Positions 48,447-59,260 of a stretch of 64,000 nucleotides of DNA are shown in pieces. A program made the position numbers and the translations under genes. Source of the stretch: Piromyces finnis finn (taxonomy: Eukaryota; Fungi; Neocallimastigomycota); NCBI GenBank assembly GCA_002104945.1, contig MCFH01000001.1:124001-188000 (forward strand), read 5' to 3'. Below the pieces are notes generated by a model that worked only from the letters and a program-made list of their open reading frames with translations, had not been told where the DNA came from and ran no database searches. Every line of letters starts with the position of its first letter. Position 1 is the first letter of the stretch.

Positions 48447-49210
48447 TTATTTTTTAAGAAAATTTTAATATTTTGTAGTTAGTGTTATTGTAAAAGTAAC
48501 CTATTTTATATTCCAATACTTTACAGTACCGTAAAATTTTACAAAATTTATATCACAATACGTTAACATAAATTTATGTAAAATTTAATTTTATGATAAG
48601 ATAAAGTTTTGATGATAAAATAAAATTTTAAATTAAATAATTTTTAACCAATAAATATTTTAGATAATAAAAAAATTTTTTTTATAAACTAAGCCTCAAA
48701 ATTAGAAATAAATAAATTGAATATATGTTTGAAATATAATCAACCATATAGTAAATAAATCAAAACTTTATTTTAAGTTTAGAAAATTCTTTAGTAAATC
48801 AATTGAATTTAAATAGTTTAATACAAATAATTTCTTTTAATAAATGTATAAATGTAAATAATGTAAAATTATAATATTGAAACATGTATATTAGAATTTA
48901 TTCAATTTATTTAAAAAGTATAAATAAAGAAAATTTTTCAACTATTGAAACGATAGTTGGAAAATCGTATAGGTTAATTTAGTATAGATAAATTAACATT
49001 AGTTTATAGTTTAGATTAATAATTTTAGTTTTAAATAAATATAAATTGATTACCTAGTGAGGGCTCTGGTAAAATAACCTTCACGGTAAAGTAATCAACG
49101 GTTGTTAATATAGTTTAAAATAAATAAAAGTATTATTAAAAATAAAACATAGTTTGTGTTAGTTTAATTTAGTGTATACAAACCTGAACTGTAGTATAGT
49201 TTATTTTACA
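47824..49210. mobile_element. Solo LTR family D, copy D3, interrupted by an A-variant LTR
   Basis: TSD ATTAT (47819-47823 / 49211-49215). Confidence 0.9.
47900..48525 (+). mobile_element. Solo LTR, family A variant with a divergent U5
   Basis: Reverse complement of the A LTR core; TSD GTACC (47895-47899 / 48526-48530). Confidence 0.9.
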
Positions 49211-50782
49211 ATTATAAAATTAGTTAATAGGTTATAAATTAGTTAATTAAGTTAGTTATTACCTCTCTATATGAGTTAATAACTAAATAAAGTTTTATAA
49301 AAAATAATAAAAGAAATAAAATAAATATTATAACACTAAAATAATTATAAACACAGATATAAATATTATATGAAATAATTTCTACTTAAATAATTATATT
49401 CTAATTATATCTTTTATTTATTTATTATAATTATCATACATTAATTATTATTATAGCTATTAATTTACTTTAATACTAACGCTAAAGTATTTAACGTTAG
49501 TTTTAGCTATGCTATTTAACTATACTAGTTTATTTTCTTTACCACTTGATTGGGTAAAACAAATAAACTTCCTATTTAATTAAATTCTTACAAAACATGA
49601 TAAATAATAATTATAAATATATTATACATTTGATATTAGTAGAAAATTTTATTATAAAATAATTATTAAATAATTTTATATAGTTTATTATAAAAATATA
49701 ATTTACATAAAATCAAATATTTTATAAATTTATATATTTGATTGGGTTAAATTATAAAAATAATTTTTAATATAAAGAATAATAATATTTTTTAGTAGAA
49801 AATAAGAAGACTTAGATTATTAGTAATAAGTTAAATTTTAATAATAGTTGATATAATTAATTAAATAATACATAATAATATTTAAAAGACAAAAATAAGT
49901 TTTTATATAATAAAAATTATTGTTAAAAAGAGTGTAAAAACAATAAATAAAAGAAAATATAAAAACGAAATTAAACTTGTCTAATTTGTAATTATTGTGT
50001 TAATAATAAATAATATTTTATAGAGTAAATCTGGTGTTATTATTCTATATAAATATTATTAAAATAATAAAACTATTAAAATTATAAAACAAATTAAATA
50101 TATTAAATAAAACTAGTAGATATTGTTAAAGCTCGTACAATGTAATGTTGAACACTGAAAGAATAGATTAGGATATCTATTCTATTACAATAACACAAAA
50201 ATTTGAAAAAATAAAATAAAAAATTGTTTTATAAAATATCTTTTATTATAATAAAATTTTAATAATAACAATTACATCGATAAAATGATGAAAAATATCT
50301 TCTATTTATATTTTTCCTAAATACATTTATATTATATTATAACTATTTATTTCTTATATATTATTATTTAAAATCTACACTAAAATCTTAATTATTAATA
50401 AATATTTAAACTATAACTATTTTTAGTAAAATACAATTGGCAATTCAAATTAAGTACTATTCAATTTGAATATGTGCCCATGTATTATTGATATATTAAT
50501 CATTTATTATTTATTTATTTCTATGAAAAAACAATACTAAAACTAGGGATTTAAATTGAGAATATTAATTTACTTGTTAAACATTAAAAATAAATTAATA
50601 ATTTATTTTGTTTTAAACTTTAATTATTAATAAATAAATTATGTCTCATTTTCTTTTTCTGAATATAATTTGTGTAACTTAAACAATAATACTTGTGGCT
50701 TAAGTTACATTAAAGATATCAAACAGAGGCGTTTGATATCTTTACAATCTCTCTCTCTAAGTCGAGCTCCTGCGAGATTAAT

Positions 50783-53700
50783 TTATAAGGAATCTTTTCT
50801 CGAAGGAATTTCAATTACAAATGGTTGGTATCTATGCTTGATTAGATTACCAACTTTATTCTTTCTAATTTTCATGGAGGAGTCGTTCGACTTATATTTT
50901 GACTTTTTAGAGTTTCTTTCAAACTCTTGTATTAATTGTTTATCTGGAATCTGATCTTCAGAAATCCAAGTGGATTTGTCAAATCCTTTCCATGATAACT
51001 TATAAAATGTTTCACCATTAACGGATTTCATCTTTTCAATTTTCTCTGGAATTTTTTCAATTAAATCTGTGTTAAGGTGAATGTTCCTCTTCCTACGATT
51101 AGACCTGTCGTTAAACATGTTTTCAAAGTATGGTTCTAACAATGAAACATGAAAGACTGGATGACATCTCATTGTCTTTGGAAGTTTCAATTTGAAAGCG
51201 AGAGAACTAACTTTTTCAATTATCTCAAATGGACCAAGCATTTGAGGTGCTAATTTTCTCTTTAGGTTAGTTCCAGGAGAATCTTTCAATAACCATACCT
51301 TCTTTCCCACTTCGAACTCCGGGGGAATCATTCTCTTCATATCGGCATATTTCTTATATGTTTCTTTTGCTTTTTCTAAGTTTTCTTTTAATAATTTAAA
51401 GTTTTCATTCATATCAATTACTCTTTGTTCAGCTCTACTAGGTCTATCATTAGCTGGAATTTCTAAGCTGAACTTTGGATGAAAACCATAATTAGCAAAG
51501 AATGGGGATTGATTTATAGATTGTTGTAAAGTATTATTATATGCAAATTCAGCAAATGGGATAAGATCAACCCAGTTATTCTGCTTTTTATTTATAAAAC
51601 AACGGAAATATTGTTCTAATATGCCGTTCACCCTCTCCGTTTGACCATCTGTCTGCGGATGGTTGGCAGTCGATAATGAATGATTGATATTAAGAAGGTC
51701 ACAAAGTCTTGACCAAAAGTCAGAAGTAAATTGCGAGCCTCTATCAGAAATGATGGAATCAGGAAGACCATGCAAACGGAAGACATTAGCAATAAAAGCA
51801 TCAGCAGCAATCGAAGCAGTAGGAAGACAACGTAAAGGAATGGCGTGAGCAAATTTAGTAAATCTATCGACAACAACCATGAGAGTTGTCATATCTCTGG
51901 ACTTAGGAAGATCAACAATAAAATCAATAGAAATATCAGACCAGGGCCTACTGGGAGTGCCCAAGGGGGATAATAATCCATAAGGCTTATGTCTGGGGAC
52001 TTTGGATTTGCAACAAGTCACGCAAGATTTGATAAAAGATTTAACGTCTGAATGAAACCTTGGCCACCAAAAGTTTCTGGAAATCAGTTCAGTGGTTTTC
52101 TTAATACCGAAATGACCAGCAGCAACAGAATCATGATGAAGTTCCAAAACTCTTGTCCTAAGAGATTTAGGAACATAAATAAGATTATTATATAACAAAA
52201 ATCCTTCATTATCAATAATAACTTTATCAATATTTTTAATAGGTGCATTACATGCAGAACCATTCATTTTAAATTGGACAATAGAATTATACAAATCGTC
52301 ATTTTTAAGTTCTAATAAAATAGAATCGATTAACGGTTTGTTATCGCTATGATGAAACGAAATAGTAAGACAAGAAACATCAGAATTAATATTATTCTCT
52401 AAATGGTCACTTCTACGAGACAGGATATCAGGCTTACCGGATTTCTTTCCAGCTCTATAAATGAGTTTAAAATCAAATCTGGATAAGAACAAATTCCATC
52501 TAATTTGTCTCTGAGATAACATTTCAGGTTTTCTAGGAAATGTTAAATTCTTGTGATCAGTATAAATTATGAACGGATGACGTGCACCTTCTAAATAATG
52601 ACGCCATTCTTCAAGAGCAACTACAATAGCTAAAAGTTCCTTGTCATATATAGGATAGTTTCTTTGACAACTCGTCAAACTTTTAGAAAGAAATGCAATA
52701 GGATGTAATTTGCCATCAAATTCTTGAGAGAGAATAGCACCGACAGCATAATTACTAGCATCAGTTTCTACAATAAATTGATTATTACTATCCGCATGTT
52801 TCAGAATAGGAGCTGACGTGAACAGAGATTTTAATAAAATAAAAGCGTCCTGATCTTCTTTCACCCAGTTAAAAGCAACATTCTTTCTAGTGAGTTTGTG
52901 AAGAGGGTTTGCAATTTTAGCAAAGTCTTTAATAAAAATTCTGTAATAGTTGCATAAACCAATAAAAGACTGAACCTCTTTAACATTCTTGGGAACCGGC
53001 CAATCGAGAATTGCTTTAACTTTATTTTCATCCATTTGCAATCCATCCTTTGAAATGACATAACCAAGAAAAGTGGTTTTCTCAACATCAAACTCACATT
53101 TTTCTAATTTAACATAAAGATTATTTTCAAGTAGTTTCTTAAGTACCTTTTTAACATGCACATGATGTTCTTCGATATTATTAGAATAAATAAGAATATC
53201 ATCAATATATGAGATAACAAAATCGTCTAAATAGTCACTAAGGACATCGTTAATGAAGTGTTGAAAAGTTGCAGGTGCATTCTTTAATCCAAAAGGCATA
53301 ACCAGATATTCAAAATGTCCATATCTAGTACGAAAAGCCGTTTTGTATTCGTCACCTTCTTTAATACGAACAAGATTATAAGCGGATTTAAGGTCTAATT
53401 TAGTAAAAATCTTAGCATTTTTCACCCTATCCAAAAGGTCACTAATTAAAGGTAAAGGATATGAATTACGAATGGTAATATCATTCAACTTTCTATAATC
53501 GATACAAAGTCTTAGGGAGCCATCCTTCTTTTTAACAAATAAAATTGGGGCACCAGCAGGAGACGATGATTTCCTAATAAAACCTTTATTTAAATTATCA
53601 TCAATATATTTTTTAAGTTCCTCTCTTTCAACTTCAGTTAATGGATACAAAGGTCCATAAAATAAAGTCGAATCATCTTTAAGTTTGATTTCACAATCAT

Positions 53701-55333
53701 AAGGTCTATGAGGAGGTAACACTTCACAATTTTTTTCATTAAACACTTCACTAAATTCTAAATATTGGGTTGGTACGGCGACCAATTTATCTTTATTAAT
53801 ATCTTTTCCATTATTATTATTATTACTACATGATTCATTATCATTATTACATGTTTCATTAATTTTTGTTACAATACATTTAACTTTTTTATTAAAACTA
53901 ATATATTCATCATCGCTATCATCTTCATCATTGATGGTTCTAACAAGGCGGCCTTTAACATATTCTTTTTCTTCATTGTTTGGGACAGAGGGATCTACTT
54001 TCGGCTTTTTGGTCAAGCTTCGGTCGAGAACATCATGATCTAACTGATCATTCTTTGACTTCTTTCTTGGTTTTCTCTTTCTTTTGCCTTTATTACAATG
54101 TCTGGCACAATAACCAGAACTAAAAGCGATTTTCTTAGAGTCGTAGAAAGCATTTGGATTATGCTTCTTTATCCACGGCAAACCAAGAATAACATTAACA
54201 CCGGGGACTTGTAATCCATAAAGTTGAATTACTTCGAAGTGATTTTTGCAACGGAGCATGCACTTCTCAGTCCTTTCCCAAACACTAACAACTCCATCAC
54301 TAACACCAGATACACGGAATGGTTCTACTTTTTCCAAATTAATACCAAGGTCTTCAGCAAGACTTGGATTAATGAAATTTAATTCGGAACCGGAATCAAT
54401 TAAAACCTTAATTTTAACTTCCGAAACTTCATTGGTACTCAAGTAAAAATCCACAAGGTTTAAATCACTTTTCACTCCCTTGACTCCAACTTTGTAAATT
54501 TTTGGATTGACAATTTTTGGAGTCCTTTCTTTAACAATTCTTAACACTTTTCTGGGCTTTACTCTATTAGGACAATTAAATTTTAAATGTCCCGGTTGTT
54601 TACAAAGAAAACATAACCCTTTTTTCTTTTCTTCTTCAAAGTTATCTATGTTTTCATTGTAATTTTTACTTGATCCTTGAATATTCACATACCTTTTTCG
54701 TTTATTCTCTCTACTAATTTTAAATACATCCACATCCATAGGATCATTAGCCCTTCTACCATTAAAATAAAATTCACTTAAAGAATTCCTTTTCATCATA
54801 TCTTCAACTAAAATAGTTGAAGAAATCAATTGTTCAATTGAAGTTGGGTTTGATTCAATGAAAGCCAACTTCTCCCTAAGTGGTGGTAATAAACCTTTCA
54901 GAAACATGTAGATTTTTGCGCTATCATTAAAGCTTGAATTTTGGCTAATACGTTGAAACTCGGTAATGTAATCTAATACCTGACCAAGTTTCCTTTGGCG
55001 AAGATTATCTAATTTTCCGTTAGCTACAACGGTATCGTATCTATAACTGCCAAAATTAGCCTTCAACCTATCTACAAATTCATCATAATGGTTTAAAACC
55101 CCACTATTATTCTTCATCAACACTGAAGCCCATTCCAAAGGTTTACCAGAAAAGTATGATATAACGAAGTCGACCTTGACTCGATCTGTATTATACAGTG
55201 TCGGTCGAGTACGAAATACCAACTCCACTCTAGTTAAAAATCCATCCAATTCTCTTTGTTTACCAGAAAATGTCGGTGGAGCATTAATAATGTTCCCCGA
55301 GTTCCCGGAAACACCCACATTCCTATCACCCAT
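50783..55333 (-). CDS. gag-pol: A2 single-ORF Gag-Pol with a chromodomain-like C-terminus
   Basis: CCHC, LIDSGS, YIDD, ETDAS, SDRG, MLGPF, FYKLSWKGF...TW. First ATG is at 55333 (the track start at 55375 is TTG). Confidence 0.93.
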   Translation of the reverse strand: MGDRNVGVSGNSGNIINAPPTFSGKQRELDGFLTRVELVFRTRPTLYNTDRVKVDFVISYFSGKPLEWASVLMKNNSGVLNHYDEFVDRLKANFGSYRYDTVVANGKLDNLRQRKLGQVLDYITEFQRISQNSSFNDSAKIYMFLKGLLPPLREKLAFIESNPTSIEQLISSTILVEDMMKRNSLSEFYFNGRRANDPMDVDVFKISRENKRKRYVNIQGSSKNYNENIDNFEEEKKKGLCFLCKQPGHLKFNCPNRVKPRKVLRIVKERTPKIVNPKIYKVGVKGVKSDLNLVDFYLSTNEVSEVKIKVLIDSGSELNFINPSLAEDLGINLEKVEPFRVSGVSDGVVSVWERTEKCMLRCKNHFEVIQLYGLQVPGVNVILGLPWIKKHNPNAFYDSKKIAFSSGYCARHCNKGKRKRKPRKKSKNDQLDHDVLDRSLTKKPKVDPSVPNNEEKEYVKGRLVRTINDEDDSDDEYISFNKKVKCIVTKINETCNNDNESCSNNNNNGKDINKDKLVAVPTQYLEFSEVFNEKNCEVLPPHRPYDCEIKLKDDSTLFYGPLYPLTEVEREELKKYIDDNLNKGFIRKSSSPAGAPILFVKKKDGSLRLCIDYRKLNDITIRNSYPLPLISDLLDRVKNAKIFTKLDLKSAYNLVRIKEGDEYKTAFRTRYGHFEYLVMPFGLKNAPATFQHFINDVLSDYLDDFVISYIDDILIYSNNIEEHHVHVKKVLKKLLENNLYVKLEKCEFDVEKTTFLGYVISKDGLQMDENKVKAILDWPVPKNVKEVQSFIGLCNYYRIFIKDFAKIANPLHKLTRKNVAFNWVKEDQDAFILLKSLFTSAPILKHADSNNQFIVETDASNYAVGAILSQEFDGKLHPIAFLSKSLTSCQRNYPIYDKELLAIVVALEEWRHYLEGARHPFIIYTDHKNLTFPRKPEMLSQRQIRWNLFLSRFDFKLIYRAGKKSGKPDILSRRSDHLENNINSDVSCLTISFHHSDNKPLIDSILLELKNDDLYNSIVQFKMNGSACNAPIKNIDKVIIDNEGFLLYNNLIYVPKSLRTRVLELHHDSVAAGHFGIKKTTELISRNFWWPRFHSDVKSFIKSCVTCCKSKVPRHKPYGLLSPLGTPSRPWSDISIDFIVDLPKSRDMTTLMVVVDRFTKFAHAIPLRCLPTASIAADAFIANVFRLHGLPDSIISDRGSQFTSDFWSRLCDLLNINHSLSTANHPQTDGQTERVNGILEQYFRCFINKKQNNWVDLIPFAEFAYNNTLQQSINQSPFFANYGFHPKFSLEIPANDRPSRAEQRVIDMNENFKLLKENLEKAKETYKKYADMKRMIPPEFEVGKKVWLLKDSPGTNLKRKLAPQMLGPFEIIEKVSSLAFKLKLPKTMRCHPVFHVSLLEPYFENMFNDRSNRRKRNIHLNTDLIEKIPEKIEKMKSVNGETFYKLSWKGFDKSTWISEDQIPDKQLIQEFERNSKKSKYKSNDSSMKIRKNKVGNLIKHRYQPFVIEIPSRKDSL

Positions 55334-55444
55334 TTCTAAATTTAAATTTTTAAACTCACTAATTAAATCCTCCAATTCAAAATATAATATATAATATAAA
55401 ATTAAAATGGTTTCTTACTACTATTTCAAGTAAGTAATCTTAAA

Positions 55445-55475
<31 letters not shown>

Positions 55476-55569
55476 ACACTACTACAAATTATCCTAATAC
55501 AAAAGTTATTCAAACGCGTTCTGCAAAGCAGTGTCGAACAAGTTTTGTATTACTAATTAATATTGGTTA

Positions 55570-55765
55570 ATTCTTCTTTCTTCTTGCACTCGGTGGTAGT
55601 TTCTAATTCTAACCAGTAGTCAAAATTTCTTCTTTCTTCTTATTCGGCGGTAGTTTCCAATTCTAACCAGTAGTCAAAATTTCTTCTTTCTTCTTATTCG
55701 GCGGTAGTTTCCAATTCTAACCAGTAGTTAAAGTTCTTTCTTGCTTTTTGTACCCGGCGGTAGAT
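55570..55765. repeat. ~55-nt tandem repeat (3-4 units) in the A2 leader
   Basis: TTCTTCTTTCTTCTTATTCGGCGGTAGTTTCCAATTCTAACCAGTAGTCAAAAT units. Confidence 0.85.
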
Positions 55766-56494
55766 ACCCTAACGTATTCTCTATCTTCGTTGGGTAATTG
55801 TTATTGTAATGTTGAACACTGAAAGAATAGATTAGGATATCTATTCTATTACAATAACACAAAAATTTGAAAAAATAAAATAAAAAATTGTTTTATAAAA
55901 TATCTTTTATTATAATAAAATTTTAATAATAACAATTACATCGATAAAATGATGAAAAATATCTTCTATTTATATTTTTCCTAAATACATTTATATTATA
56001 TTATAACTATTTATTTCTTATATATTATTATTTAAAATCTACACTAAAATCTTAATTATTAATAAATATTTAAACTATAACTATTTTTAGTAAAATACAA
56101 TTGGCAATTCAAATTAAGTACTATTCAATTTGAATATGTGCCCATGTATTATTGATATATTAATCATTTATTATTTATTTATTTCTATGAAAAAACAATA
56201 CTAAAACTAGGGATTTAAATTGAGAATATTAATTTACTTGTTAAACATTAAAAATAAATTAATAATTTATTTTGTTTTAAACTTTAATTATTAATAAATA
56301 AATTATGTCTCATTTTCTTTTTCTGAATATAATTTGTGTAACTTAAACAATAATACTTGTGGCTTAAGTTACATTAAAGATATCAAACAGAGGCGTTTGA
56401 TATCTTTACATACAATAACTGTCGAGATAAAACAATATAAGATAACAGAAGTAGTTGAAAAGTTGCAATATAACTACCAATCCGTTATCAAACA

Positions 56495-58211
56495 GATTCG
56501 TTACAGAAGCTATTAATGATTACGATGCAGTCGAGTGGGTAGAAGCAATTAATGAAGAACTTTCAAATCTATACAATAACAACATTATGACGTTTGTTAA
56601 ATCTGTTCCTCTGTAATGGTGACACAGAAAGAATAGATTAGGATATCTATTCTATTACAATAACACTAAATTTAAAATAAAAATAAAAATTGTTTTATTA
56701 GAAATATCTTTTATAATAGAAATTTTATTAATAACAATTACATTGATAAAATGATGAAAAATATCTTCTATTTATATTTTTCCTAAATACATTTATATTA
56801 TATTATAACTATTTATTTAAAATATATTATTATTTAAAACCTACACTAAAATCTTAATTATTAATAAAATATTTAAACTATAATTATTTTAGTAAAATTA
56901 AATAGGCAATTCAAATCAAATACTATTTTATTTGAATATGTGCCCATGTATTATTTATATATTAATCATTTATTATTTATATACTATTCATCTTTTTCTA
57001 TCAAAAACAATAATACTTGTGGCTCAAATTACATTAAAGATATCAAGCTGAGGCGTTTGATATCTTTACATACTCCTGGTAAAAACATAATAACAACGAA
57101 GTGGGTCTTCTCAACCAAAAAGGATGCTGATAATAAAATAATTAAATACAAAGCCAGGTTGGTTGCAAGAGGATTTACTCAAAAACAAGGTATAGATTAT
57201 GAACTAACTTATAGTCCCACTCTCAACATCGATTGCCTAAAACTGATAATAGCTATATCTGCCAAGATGAACTGGAACATATTTCAATTAGATATAAAGG
57301 CCGCATACCTCAATGCTAAACTCGACAAAGAAATCTATACTACCATTCCCAAGGGTGATTCCAATTACCAAAAAGGGTATTGGAAACTTAACAAAGCACT
57401 ATATGGCCTCAAACAATCTGGCAGACAGTGGAATGAAACCATTACTGGATTCTTAAGTAAAATCGGGTTCAAACAACTAGAATCAGAACAATGTATATTC
57501 AAGTTTGCTATCAATGGTAACCTAAAATGCATCATTGGCTTATATGTAAACGACATGATCATAGCCGGTGAAGAATATAATATATCCAAAGCGATAGCTA
57601 AAATTAAAGAAGAGTTTAAGGTGTCCAAATGCGAACCCGTCAACTTTATATTAGGAATCAAAGTAGAAAAATCAACAATCAACAATCAGCACATATATAA
57701 AATTTCACAAATTGCATTTATAGATAATGTTCTCAACAATTTTAATATGAAAAATATCAAAATGTCAAAAACTCCTTGCTCGGCAGATAATCCCGCACAC
57801 GAAAACAAAAATCAATTTGACAAGACCAAATACAAACGTGCTATCGGATCCTTAATATACTTAGCAAGATGCACTAGACCGGATATCGCGTTCGGGGTTA
57901 ATAAGGTGGCAAGAAAATGTGAACACCCAACAGTATCCGACTGGTATAAAATTAAAAATATACTGAGATACTTAAACACAACAAAGGAATACAAGATCAA
58001 ATATGATGGTAAAGGTGAAATAACAGGATATACTGATTCGGACTTTGCTGGTGATTTAAATGATAGAAAATCGACTTCCGGGAATATTATATTAATGGGA
58101 AGAAGTCCTATCTGTTGGAAATCAAAGAAACAAAGTATTGTAGCTACCAGTACAGCTGAAGCCGAATATATAGCTACATCGGAATGCCTAAAACAAATAT
58201 CAAATTATTAA
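56495..58211 (+). pseudogene. Copia-3 RT/RNase H fragment, inactivated
   Basis: EWVEAINEEL..KSVP[LTR]PGKNIITTKWVF, KARLVARGF, YGLKQ, YVND in place of YVDD, YTDSD; truncated in RNase H. Confidence 0.9.
56612..57070 (-). mobile_element. Solo LTR family A, internally deleted
   Basis: TGTAATG...CTTTACA; imperfect TSD TCCTC / TACTC. Confidence 0.88.
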
Positions 58212-58299
58212 TAAATGGTTCCCATAACATATGATAATGATAAGGCAAGGGATCAGCAATAGTTTGTGTAAAGCAAAAGTTATATAAAAATATTCCATT

Positions 58300-59260
58300 T
58301 ACTAGTCATTTATCTATATAATGATTGTACGGTAGCTGAAAAGAAACTATTGTATCTTCCAAATTTTTGTAAATACGCTCCAATAATAATGGTGGACTAG
58401 AATTTCTAGTTCCGAATGCTATATCAGAAACATCACGGGTATTTTTATACGGCATGTCACTTATCATTCAAAATTAGTATTTCTTAACTGATTATACATG
58501 TGCAATACCAATTAAGAATTTTTATAAAGAAATCGTCCCAAGACATATGTATCACTATTAACTCTACTTTTACTTTTATTACTATCTACTGATTTATCAA
58601 AATTTATCAATATCAATATACAATATATAATATAAAATTTATTTATAGATATTGATGAACTAAAAAATTGTTCATCATTTCTGCTACATAGATACATTAG
58701 AACAGTCAGGAGTAACTAATAATAACAATCCTAGTAGTGTTTTCATAACAACAGCGAATACAAATAATCCAAGTAATTTCCAAATTTAAGTGAAGTTTAT
58801 TAAGATCAATGAATATAAGTCGATTTAAATTAAGAGATTTATTGATAGTATATCTAAGGATTTTACCTTCATTATTGAGTCTTCTGTCTTCCAATAATGC
58901 TCTCTAATATATTAATTACTTTTAATATTAATTTTAATAAGATTATACCTTTCATTAGAACCGAGATAATGAAAGCGGAGGAGGGAATAAACCATTCCAG
59001 ATTTTGTTGAAAAATATTTTTAAGCTAATTTCCAGCAGATGGATATTTTTTTTCAAGTTTTTGTTACAAAAGAAAACTTTAAAAGGAATTCAACTGGGGT
59101 ATTATCGGGACCTAATGCCTTATTATTCTTCATTGAAATAACAATATCACGAATTTCTTCAATAGAAATAGGACCATTTATATCTCATATTATTTGGTTT
59201 ATATGATTGAAACGTAAGACTCTTCTCCAGTAGCTACGATTTAATAGATATAATTTGCAA
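58300..59260 (-). pseudogene. Heavily degraded LINE-like RT relic
   Basis: Minus strand GPISIEEIRDIVISMKNNKALGPDNTPVEF and LIFIDLNK parallel ISIDEVKSAIL..KASGPDGIPIEF and LAFLDLRK of the downstream LINE. Confidence 0.55.

Larger units (their letters stand above)
47807..49592 (-). repeat. Family B LTR copy B3, interrupted by D3, with a ~0.1-kb deletion near its U3 end
   Basis: TGTAAAAGGTTTATTAT start and ...TTCTTACA end; flanks ATCAA / AAACA do not match. Confidence 0.85.
50141..56410 (-). mobile_element. Ty3/Gypsy family A, copy A2 (full length, apparently intact)
   Basis: 606-bp LTRs 50141-50746 and 55805-56410, identical by eye; TSD TACAA; PBS 55794-55804; PPT AGAGAGAGAGAT. Confidence 0.97.
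49598..56490. mobile_element. Family K copy K2 (49598-50140 plus 56416-56490), interrupted by A2
   Basis: TGATAA...TTATCA; 4-bp TSD AACA (49594-49597 / 56491-56494). Confidence 0.8.

Noticed and set aside
56940-58211. 423-aa ORF as a functional gene
   Set aside because: It is a chimera: the N-terminus is read from the antisense strand of a solo A LTR, the RT has YVND, and RNase H is truncated
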